Of a DNA stretch of 43,088 bases, positions 20,517 to 28,632 are shown one piece after another; within the stretch, counting starts at the first letter, position 1; each line of letters opens with the position of its first letter. The notes beneath the pieces were generated by a model. The model had not been told where the DNA came from and searched no databases. It saw only the letters and a program-made list of their open reading frames with translations. The position numbers were made by a program, and so were the translations under genes. Origin of the DNA: a virus; IMG/VR virus record IMGVR_UViG_3300005468_000008, positions 1 through 43,088 of that record; one strand, written 5' to 3'.

Positions 20517-23207
20517 TTATGAGATGGAATTGAGGACTTCGGCATGAACTGAAATCTGGCGAACCTTGTGGGCCGAAGATGCCGCACTCCATGTAGCGGA
20601 GAACTTCAGATCGGCCCCGGCGGTGAAATCCACGGCGGTTGTGTTAGTGTTGATTATGGCTGTTTGATACGCCGATCCAGTAAAAAGATATTCAATCGCG
20701 TCCACCTGGACAACCCCGGCGGCTCCTCCCGTCCTGACGACGATCCTCCACTCGATTTCCCATGGATCAAGAGTGGTAGACACAGCCGCGAACGGTATGG
20801 CTCCTGTCTGCGCCAGAATGGTTGCCCCGAGTTTCAACTTGATGTTCAGGGTGGGCGTAGTGTTGTTGTGGTCACAGGTGAAAAGGGATTGAACCCTTAT
20901 CACCATGCCCTGCGTGATGGCGTTCGCTGGTACTGCGAATACCTGGCTAAAATCGGTTTCTGATGTTGTGTTGGAAATGTCGGACGAGTTGGCCGTGGTC
21001 GTCCAAAACATTCCTTCGAGACCAATTCTACCAAGTTTTTGATAACCCCGGAAGCCGAGTGCGGTAGATTCCCTATACCACAATTCCCCCTCTGTCGCCG
21101 ACACGGGATCAAGGAATGGTGATAGGACTAGCCCACCACTATCAATTTTTGAATATCCGCTTACAGCCAAAGAGTAGCCCGCCGCCGGAGCCATGTTCAC
21201 CCCGAGCGTGTTGTTGTTGATGTAAACATCGCCAACGATTTCAACATCAACGGTCGGTGCGGTTGTGAACAGGCCAACCCGATCAGAAAAGACATACCCT
21301 TCACCGGCCTCTGCCCGGAAGTGGAATCCGGCCTTCCCCGCCGTACCACCACGATCAGCCACCCACATCTGTGCCACGTCTGCCGGGGATGTGGATGGGG
21401 CAGTACCCGATGCAAGCGACAACACCTTATCCGCGCTTGTACCGAAGCCCGTCTGTGTGCCGAGGCCAAAATTGTTGCCGAGGACAAACAGCGACCCATC
21501 CTCAGACCTTCCATGCAGACTTGCCTTCCCGGCAGTTCCCCCCAAGTCGGCAGACCACAAGGCAAACGCATCAGCCGGGGACGTTGATGGGGCCGTGCTT
21601 GACCCCATAATGATTCCACCGTTGGCAGACGTGCCAAACGCGACGTTGCCGAGTGAAAGCCGTACCGCCGTCAGGTCTCCAGCCGTCGTGTTCGCCGGGG
21701 CGGTAAGGCTTCCCACGCGCAGATGTGTCAGCAGAGTCGCGTCGCCAGCCGAAAGGAGTTGGAAGAGTGTCGCGCTGTTATATTGGAACCTGTGGGCAAG
21801 CGTCGCCGTCGTGGTGACGTTATATCGTGCGCCAGAGGTATTGTTCGTCGAGGTGAAGGAAAGAACGGGAGAGGCCCCGGAGATGTGAACGTCGGTAGCC
21901 GGAGCATTTGTCCCAACACCAAAACGACTGTTCGCCCGCGACCAATATAGGAGCGTGTTGGCCTCGTCAAGTTTTCCAGCCAATCCGCCGAAAATTACTG
22001 AACCGTCTGTCGGTGTAAACCACGATGGGGTAGTGGATGCACCTGAGACAAGCGCGAGACCGGCGGTAGCCGTACCAGCAAGGATGGCCCCGGCTGTGGT
22101 GGTTGAGTAGAATATCCCACCATTGGAGGCTGTGAGGTTCGCGTTTGTGCCACCATTGGCAAGTGGGAGGAGGCCGGTCACAGCATCGGTGTCAGCCAGA
22201 TCGAGCACACCCCAAGCATATGTGGATACCCCTGTCACACGGAGAACCTGCCCCACGGTAGAAGAATTGGTGATCGCTGTGATCGCCGATGTGCCGTTAC
22301 CCTGCAATAACCCGGTCAACGTGGACGCACCTGTGCCGCCCCGAGCAACAGCGAGTGTCCCAGTCCATCCGAGTGTCAAAGACGTAGCCGCCAAGAGTGC
22401 GGTGGTCGGAGAACCGCCAAGTGTGAGTGTGACGTTTGTATCGTCAACCCGAGTCAACGCCTGTCCGCCGGTGATCGAGGATGCGGCGGGCGTAATCAGG
22501 ACATCGGTGGCGGCTGTGAGTCTCCCGGTGGCGCCAACTGTGAACGTGGGTGACATTGTTGCCGACCCGTAGGAGCCGGGAGTGACGGCTGTAGTTGACA
22601 ACCTCGCGTCAGCCAGCGTCCCCGTCCAACCAAGTGTCAATGTCTGTGCGGCAATCGAACCCGTAACATTGGTATCATTGACAACCGCTTGCACCACGCT
22701 CGCATTGAGGCGGGCGGCGGCGAGCGTGCCAGTCCACCCAAGTGTCAACGAGGTGGCGTTGAATAGCGCGGTGGTAGGCGACCCACCGAGCGTCAGCGTG
22801 ACGTTGGTATCGTCGGTTTTCGAGAGTGCGGCTGTGGAGGCCCAGAGGGGATCAGTGCCATCTGATGCCAAGTATTGCCCCGAAGTCCCCACGGCCAACG
22901 TAGCCCAAATCCCAAGCGAGTTCACCCTCAGTAAATCGCCACGCACCTTGGCACTAACGAGCGTGTCGGTGTGGGTGGTGGAAAGGATGTCGTGGTTGGC
23001 GGTGGAGATGACGGTAGTTACCGTTGAACCGGAGCCACCCGTGGTCTCCGTGGGGGTGGTGGTGGTCGCTAGCGGGGGGGCGGTGGCCCGAATCACCTTC
23101 GAGAGAACGACGAACTCATTCCTCACCCTTGAGGTCAATTCCTTCGACCAGGTGTAGAGGTCGTCCTTGGAACGAGGTTCGGGGATATGTCCGGGGGTGT
23201 AGGACAT
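20517..23207 (-). CDS. Tail fibre / receptor-binding protein
   Basis: 896 aa. Internal repeats DDTNVTLTLGGSPTTAL (x2) and LTLGWTGTLA.AR (x3), an RGGTGAS motif, and Thr/Ser/Gly/Ala-rich composition. TAATG overlap with the upstream gene. Confidence 0.85.
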   Translation of the reverse strand: MSYTPGHIPEPRSKDDLYTWSKELTSRVRNEFVVLSKVIRATAPPLATTTTPTETTGGSGSTVTTVISTANHDILSTTHTDTLVSAKVRGDLLRVNSLGIWATLAVGTSGQYLASDGTDPLWASTAALSKTDDTNVTLTLGGSPTTALFNATSLTLGWTGTLAAARLNASVVQAVVNDTNVTGSIAAQTLTLGWTGTLADARLSTTAVTPGSYGSATMSPTFTVGATGRLTAATDVLITPAASSITGGQALTRVDDTNVTLTLGGSPTTALLAATSLTLGWTGTLAVARGGTGASTLTGLLQGNGTSAITAITNSSTVGQVLRVTGVSTYAWGVLDLADTDAVTGLLPLANGGTNANLTASNGGIFYSTTTAGAILAGTATAGLALVSGASTTPSWFTPTDGSVIFGGLAGKLDEANTLLYWSRANSRFGVGTNAPATDVHISGASPVLSFTSTNNTSGARYNVTTTATLAHRFQYNSATLFQLLSAGDATLLTHLRVGSLTAPANTTAGDLTAVRLSLGNVAFGTSANGGIIMGSSTAPSTSPADAFALWSADLGGTAGKASLHGRSEDGSLFVLGNNFGLGTQTGFGTSADKVLSLASGTAPSTSPADVAQMWVADRGGTAGKAGFHFRAEAGEGYVFSDRVGLFTTAPTVDVEIVGDVYINNNTLGVNMAPAAGYSLAVSGYSKIDSGGLVLSPFLDPVSATEGELWYRESTALGFRGYQKLGRIGLEGMFWTTTANSSDISNTTSETDFSQVFAVPANAITQGMVIRVQSLFTCDHNNTTPTLNIKLKLGATILAQTGAIPFAAVSTTLDPWEIEWRIVVRTGGAAGVVQVDAIEYLFTGSAYQTAIINTNTTAVDFTAGADLKFSATWSAASSAHKVRQISVHAEVLNSIS

Positions 23208-24001
23208 TACTTTTTGGCCTTCATCGTGGCGGCTTGTCTACGGAGATTCTCCGACATCTGGCTATTGATGGTGCCACGATTGACGAAGTTCCCCGAGGCG
23301 TCGAGTTCTATTAGTTTCTGCGCCTCTTCCGGCGAGACATAGCCACGCTTTACGAGGTCGTTCACCCCCGCCCCAGACATCTCATCAATATACTGTGTGG
23401 GCCACACATTGCGGCGGGCCATCTCTTCGACAAGCGCGTGGTCTGGGAGTGACGCCGATTCTGGGCCAAGTAGTTTTTGGTAAGCAACCCTCTGGCTGTT
23501 GGGAAGCCCGTATTGTTTGGCGGAAGCAATCATTTCCTCAACCTGCCCCATCTCCGCCGGTGTGGGGGCGAGTTTCCTCGCGGCACTCTTTCCGGCCTGT
23601 ATCGCGGCGGCACCAGGAGTCACTTCGTGGGAATATACCACCGGCGCATTGCGGGCCTCCTTCACGGCAAGGTACGCCGCCTCTCTGGGGTCTCTGGCGG
23701 CGTTCCGCATGAACCTTCCCATTCCAGCCGCCCTTTCTGCCATCGTTGCCGTTTTTCCAGCGGGGCCAATGGGGGCCGCCATCGAAAGTGCCACATCTGC
23801 CACATCACCAACAAGGGGTGTGGTTGCTCTACCAAGGGCCTGTGTGAGGGGACGCAGAACGGCTAGTGGTGAACCTATGTCGCCTCCGGCTGGGACGGCA
23901 GTAGCACGATTCACCGGAGGGGCACCCTCAAACGGGGTGTGGATATTCTCCCCCAACTTTTTCAGGAGGAACGCGATAAACCCGTTGGGATCGTTGGGCA
24001 T
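23207..24001 (-). CDS. Putative internal virion / ejection protein
   Basis: 264 aa. Assigned from its position in a T7-like gene order upstream of the fibre. TAATG overlaps at both ends. Confidence 0.6.
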   Translation of the reverse strand: MPNDPNGFIAFLLKKLGENIHTPFEGAPPVNRATAVPAGGDIGSPLAVLRPLTQALGRATTPLVGDVADVALSMAAPIGPAGKTATMAERAAGMGRFMRNAARDPREAAYLAVKEARNAPVVYSHEVTPGAAAIQAGKSAARKLAPTPAEMGQVEEMIASAKQYGLPNSQRVAYQKLLGPESASLPDHALVEEMARRNVWPTQYIDEMSGAGVNDLVKRGYVSPEEAQKLIELDASGNFVNRGTINSQMSENLRRQAATMKAKK

Positions 24002-25383
24002 TATTCCTCCGGTTCTCTGGGTGTCTGGGGTATGGCGCGGCCAACCGTTGCGGCGGTCGAGACCTTACTCTTCTTGAAACCACGCTTCTTGGCTTGGTCG
24101 AGGGCGATACCGAGGGAAGCCTTGAATCGGGGGCTATCCATGATTTGTCTCGCGATCATGGCCTTAATCCCTATGGATGGAGACTTTGAGCTAGCCGCAA
24201 ACACAGCACCCGTCATTGGCGCACCGATCCCCATGAGGTTCACATTCTCCGCCCTATTTAACGCCTTCTCGATTTCCGGCTCTAGGCGGAGCATGTTGGA
24301 CTCTCTAGCGTTCAAACCCTGTGCCGCCGGAAGTTCGGCCACGATGTCCTCTTTGATACCACGAATCAACGCCTTCTTGCCCTCGATGAGCGACTGCTTC
24401 ATCTCACCGTAACTCTTGCGGAGGATGGAGCCCGCCGTCTGCTTGATCCTCTGAGCTTCATCAATAGGGATGGTTCTACCGTGGGCGGCTATAAACCTTT
24501 TCTTGAGATTCTCAAGTTCCCGAAGGTGTGGCTTGGGATCAATGTCGCGCTTGAAATAATCTGCCACATCGTCAATCCTAGAGACAATCGAGCTAGTGTT
24601 TAGAGTAACCCCCCTACTCCCTGCATCCTCGGTCAACGCAAGAATCTGCTTATTCAGGTCGCCAATCTTCTCGTGTAACTTGAGGTATCCAGACTGAGTC
24701 GGGTGAATTTGCTCTGTGAGGCCGGTCGAAATAATCGCCTCACGCTCTAATGGGGATAACGACGTGGACGGCTTCACCGCGCTCCGGTATAGTTTGCGGC
24801 TCGCCGTTTCGAGTGGTAGGGCTTTCTTGGCGAGTCCAATAGGGCCAGCGATGGGGTCAACCATCGCCCCGGCCTTGCCGATAGCACTCCCGACCTCCGC
24901 CATCTTCCCGCCACCACTAGCCGCTTTCAATGCGGCACCACCACCACTCAACACCAACGAAAGATCACCAAGCACACCAACCGGATCGGTCTTGAGGGTG
25001 TTGGTGAAGTTGTCCCACCCGCCGTAACGGTTGGCTAGGTCTTCGGCTAACGCAGAGAGATGTGGCGTATCTCCCGGATTGATAGCCATACCGAGACCGG
25101 AGAAAGCCCCCGGATTCTGCGCGGCTGTCACCCCAACATCCCGGATTAGTCCACCGATCCCTTTGGCGGTCTCAATTGGCGACGTGACTATGTTGGCGAT
25201 GTTGCCAAGGAACTTCCCGGCACTCTCGGGGACGTTGCTAAGCAATTCCTCACCGTATGAGGGTGCCTGTTGTGGAGCGTTCACCGGAACGGTGGAATCA
25301 ACCGCCGCGCCCTTATCTTGGAGATAGGCGTTCGGGTTGAACCCACCCTTCTTTTGGAGATATTTATTAGGGTCGAAGCCCAT
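24001..25383 (-). CDS. Putative internal virion / ejection protein
   Basis: Start chosen at ATG 25383 (TAATG overlap with the upstream stop); the ORF track extends to 25449. 460 aa. Confidence 0.6.
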   Translation of the reverse strand: MGFDPNKYLQKKGGFNPNAYLQDKGAAVDSTVPVNAPQQAPSYGEELLSNVPESAGKFLGNIANIVTSPIETAKGIGGLIRDVGVTAAQNPGAFSGLGMAINPGDTPHLSALAEDLANRYGGWDNFTNTLKTDPVGVLGDLSLVLSGGGAALKAASGGGKMAEVGSAIGKAGAMVDPIAGPIGLAKKALPLETASRKLYRSAVKPSTSLSPLEREAIISTGLTEQIHPTQSGYLKLHEKIGDLNKQILALTEDAGSRGVTLNTSSIVSRIDDVADYFKRDIDPKPHLRELENLKKRFIAAHGRTIPIDEAQRIKQTAGSILRKSYGEMKQSLIEGKKALIRGIKEDIVAELPAAQGLNARESNMLRLEPEIEKALNRAENVNLMGIGAPMTGAVFAASSKSPSIGIKAMIARQIMDSPRFKASLGIALDQAKKRGFKKSKVSTAATVGRAIPQTPREPEE

Positions 25384-26594
25384 TACTGTATCCCATGCAA
25401 TTTCAGGATTTGTGCCGAACGGGGATCGTTGGGATTCTGCCTCGCCCAATCAACCGCCTCCTGGTCTTCGGGAGAGAGTTGTTGAGTCCCTTCGTCGAGC
25501 ATATCGAGAATGTCAGCCTCCTCGATTTTCCCCTTGTTGGCTTTGGAGTAGGTCTTAGCGTATTGCTTTGCCATATTGGAGCGTCGGACTTTGGCACTCT
25601 TACTCATCACCAACGCGAGACTCTTGACGAACTGCCTGTTGTCGGCGGTGAGTGCGCCTGTCGTAGCCCTCTGGGCAACCTGCGCGATCCGTTGGGTGAG
25701 GGCGGCACTCCCACCAAACGGTGCCTTGTCAGCTTCCGACAAGTTGCCCACCTCACCAGACGCCCTAGCCATGAACGTGGGGATGGCGTTGTCGGCCACG
25801 GGGTTTCCGCTGTCAAGCAGGGAAACGATGGTGTCTGAGGCGTCAATCATTTGCACGTCCTTGCGAACGGAGGGATCGGCCAAGAACCTACCGGCGACGG
25901 TGTTGAGGATGGACTCTCTGGGAAGGCCAGCCCTTGATTCGTCGTCGATCTTCTTGAACTCGCTCCCCATAGATTGTTTCGTGTTGGGGTCGATGAGTTC
26001 ATACTCTTGGAGTCTTGCGCCGCCTTCCGACCTAAAGACCGGATTACCAGCCTCGTCGAGTTTGGCGCGGGAGTATGGAGAACCGGATTTCGTTGCCGTT
26101 CCAGCCCTGCCACCAACCCTCACAGGGACTTGGCCTTCACCCTTTTGGAAGATGTCGTACCCTCCACCCTCTTGGTTCATTATGTCGTAGGTGGGGATTC
26201 CGATATTCCGCATACCCATAAACTGCGACAACACCCCCGGTTCACTCGCGGCTTGCGAGAGGGCGTCAACAGTCCCAGGAGAGCCGATCTTCCGGCCAAA
26301 CGGCACAACATCGACACCACGAGTCTGCGGTGTGACCTGTGGAGCCATCTGTGTCGGCCCATACGACCCATCAGGACGAAGTTGTGGGGCTGGGGCTTGC
26401 TGTGGCACACCCGGTGTCGCTGGTTGCTCCTTGTACGATTGGAACGACATCAGGAGATTCCTGAGAAGCTGTTGCTTCTTGAAATCTTCCTCCTCCTTTT
26501 TGCGTAGTGTCTCCTCGGACTCAAAGTGTCGTTGGAGGCCACCGGCAAGCCCCGAGAGACCTTGATAGATTCCAGAACTGAGTTCGTTAGGCAT
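25383..26594 (-). CDS. Putative internal virion / ejection protein
   Basis: 403 aa with a Gln/Pro-rich N-terminal third. Assignment is positional only. Confidence 0.6.
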   Translation of the reverse strand: MPNELSSGIYQGLSGLAGGLQRHFESEETLRKKEEEDFKKQQLLRNLLMSFQSYKEQPATPGVPQQAPAPQLRPDGSYGPTQMAPQVTPQTRGVDVVPFGRKIGSPGTVDALSQAASEPGVLSQFMGMRNIGIPTYDIMNQEGGGYDIFQKGEGQVPVRVGGRAGTATKSGSPYSRAKLDEAGNPVFRSEGGARLQEYELIDPNTKQSMGSEFKKIDDESRAGLPRESILNTVAGRFLADPSVRKDVQMIDASDTIVSLLDSGNPVADNAIPTFMARASGEVGNLSEADKAPFGGSAALTQRIAQVAQRATTGALTADNRQFVKSLALVMSKSAKVRRSNMAKQYAKTYSKANKGKIEEADILDMLDEGTQQLSPEDQEAVDWARQNPNDPRSAQILKLHGIQ

Positions 26595-26606
26595 TAAATT
26601 GCTCCG

Positions 26607-27068
26607 TTATCTATTGTAGGCGCGTCGTCCACCGCCACCACCAGCCATGAGGCCGGGGATGATCGCACCACCGAGTTCACCGAGGCCGCCAATCAGACCA
26701 CCCAAGGCACCCTCAGACCTTTGACCCGCAATACCAGATTGAAGCCCTAGGAGTTGCATTAGGCTTGAAATCTGCGCCCCCGCACGACCCTGTTCCAACT
26801 GGCCGAACTGTGGGGCGAATTGGCCGTATACATCATTCTCCGCACGTTGGGCGTAAGCGAACGGGTTGGTGAATCCCATCGAATAGCCCCTCCCGGCACC
26901 GAGTTGACCAGCCTGAGCAACGGCGCGATTCTGCTGTTGGGTCAGGTTACGACCCGACACATCGTAGAGGTTGTTGACCATCGGTGAGAGACCACCATGG
27001 ATCAGGGAGTTGATGTAACTCTCAAGTCCACCGAGGGAGTTTTCGCGTTGATTAGTGAAGATGCTCAT
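26607..27068 (-). CDS. Gly/Gln-rich small virion-associated protein
   Basis: 153 aa with a low-complexity G/Q/A-rich sequence and a glycine-rich hydrophobic C-terminus. Assignment is positional. Confidence 0.55.
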   Translation of the reverse strand: MSIFTNQRENSLGGLESYINSLIHGGLSPMVNNLYDVSGRNLTQQQNRAVAQAGQLGAGRGYSMGFTNPFAYAQRAENDVYGQFAPQFGQLEQGRAGAQISSLMQLLGLQSGIAGQRSEGALGGLIGGLGELGGAIIPGLMAGGGGGRRAYNR

Positions 27069-27077
27069 ATTAGCCTG

Positions 27078-27106
27078 TTGCGTTTTAGGTAGAAATTCGT
27101 TATACT
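27078..27106 (+). promoter_or_regulatory. Sigma70-type promoter for the antisense-oriented HTH gene
   Basis: TTGCGT (27078-27083), a 17-nt spacer, then TATACT (27101-27106), followed by AGGAGAG and ATG 27133. Confidence 0.4.
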
Positions 27107-27132
27107 ATGGAAACTTCAGGAGAGAGAACCCC

Positions 27133-27264
27133 ATGAAAAAATCCCCGGATACCCCGGCTTGGGGTACGCCAATATCCGGCGCAGAACTTGCACGGATGTT
27201 TCATCGCGGAGAGTCCACCATTTACAATATTCTTTACGGTAACACCTGGAAACATCTGTTATAA
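27133..27264 (+). CDS. Orphan 43-aa helix-turn-helix protein, oriented against the late operon
   Basis: MKKSPDTPAWGTPISGAELARMFHRGESTIYNILYGNTWKHLL. The HTH resembles the C-terminal DNA-binding tails of the two NUMOD4-HNH ORFs. The 3-prime end overlaps the convergent gene by 6 nt. Confidence 0.5.
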   Translation: MKKSPDTPAWGTPISGAELARMFHRGESTIYNILYGNTWKHLL

Positions 27265-28632
27265 TTTCTTCTTGTAGAGTACCCCAGGGTTTCCCGCCGA
27301 CGGGCTGTTTTGGCCAGCCGTACCTTGCACCGCGCCGGTTCCAGTTGCCGTACCCGGTGCGCCACCCAGCCCTATGTCCCCGCCAGCATAATTAAGTGTA
27401 AGCGAGTCGGTGTAATTGTGGTAGAAGAGGTCTATGAGACCACCATTCCCCGGCCCGCCAGCCCCGCCGCCATGTCCAGACTCGTTGGCTGTGGTTCCCC
27501 CTGACGCATTTGCGCCTCGTCCACCGGGGCCACCCTTGCCGCCCTTTACGGTGATCGTGCCGTTACCCTCTATGGTATGAAAAGCAACCCACACTTTCCC
27601 ACCCGGCTGTCCGGGTGATCCCCCTACACCATGCCCCCCTATACAGTAACCAGCCCCGGACGTTCCCGAAATCCCGCGCGCCCCACCACCACCACTCCCG
27701 GAACCAGCCGCATATCGGACAAACTTAACGAAGTCTGTCAGCGCGGTTGTGGCTGTGGTGAACGCCCGATCCATATACATAGTGATGAAGTCGAGTCGTT
27801 TCCCACTAATCGCTGATGGGGCGGTGCAGGAACCAGCCGCTCCACCTACCCCGCCAGTTTGCGCCCCGGCCCCACCCCCATTCCCACCAGCCACTCCATT
27901 AGAACCGATACAGTCTGTGACAGTAGACCCCGCGCCACCGTTTGTCCCGGCTCTGACACCAGCGTCGCTCCCATCTCCTCCGGCGGGGCCAGCCGTTGCA
28001 GAGGCACCACGGGTGAGATATTGGTCACTCTTGGCGGTTGTCGCTCCGCCATCAGAACCACTCGCGCCCACCGTGGAGTTCGTCGTGTTGGCGGGAGCGT
28101 CTCCACCAGCCGCCCCGGCCGCCCCCGTGTCATTTAGGGTTCCATATAATCTCAGACGACCAGTTCCAAAGATTCTAAACCCAGCCGTATAAATGTCAAT
28201 CCCCGGATTAACTGTTAGATTGATGGCATGCATATCCCGCGTGAGTGTCGTGTCTGCGGTCGGAGTTATTGATCCGTCTATTCCTCCGCCCCACCAAGCA
28301 TCAACTGCGTCCAAGTCTGCGATAGTCGCAATGACCGTCGTATCCACCTTGATGGTGTCGCGTGTACCTGGGGAAATGTTGATGGTGGTGTCGCCGGTGA
28401 CAGACGTACCCGCCGAGTCCAGCCTGACTATCCCGTTCCGGTACGAGTAGTACACCCCCGCCGACCCTCGGGCAAATATGAACCCATGATCCCACCCTGT
28501 CACACTCTGTGTGCCGAGGGAGTCAAAGTCCACACCCTTGTTCACCTTCGCCGTGTCCATTTGCCGGTTCTGGGCGAACGATTGCCCAAATGTCAATACC
28601 AGCGAGATTAGTATTAAATTGATATATCGCAT
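27259..28632 (-). CDS. Glycine-rich beta-solenoid-like protein with an N-terminal signal peptide
   Basis: The 457-aa protein starts with MRYINLILISLVLTFGQSFAQ, a Sec-type signal with an A-x-A-like site. Long GG.G/GGAG-rich tracts then resemble the glycine-rich domains of phage fibre proteins. Confidence 0.7.
   Translation of the reverse strand: MRYINLILISLVLTFGQSFAQNRQMDTAKVNKGVDFDSLGTQSVTGWDHGFIFARGSAGVYYSYRNGIVRLDSAGTSVTGDTTINISPGTRDTIKVDTTVIATIADLDAVDAWWGGGIDGSITPTADTTLTRDMHAINLTVNPGIDIYTAGFRIFGTGRLRLYGTLNDTGAAGAAGGDAPANTTNSTVGASGSDGGATTAKSDQYLTRGASATAGPAGGDGSDAGVRAGTNGGAGSTVTDCIGSNGVAGGNGGGAGAQTGGVGGAAGSCTAPSAISGKRLDFITMYMDRAFTTATTALTDFVKFVRYAAGSGSGGGGARGISGTSGAGYCIGGHGVGGSPGQPGGKVWVAFHTIEGNGTITVKGGKGGPGGRGANASGGTTANESGHGGGAGGPGNGGLIDLFYHNYTDSLTLNYAGGDIGLGGAPGTATGTGAVQGTAGQNSPSAGNPGVLYKKKL

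Noticed and set aside
20568-26565. Long plus-strand ORFs antisense to the tail and internal-protein genes (for example 21265-21888, 22123-22572, 22582-23157, 23499-24077, 25576-26190 and 25974-26507)
   Set aside because: These are shadow ORFs of GC-rich sense genes, with Ala/Pro/Ser/Val/Arg-rich translations and no starts with an SD. The sense-strand genes form an unbroken, translationally coupled operon.
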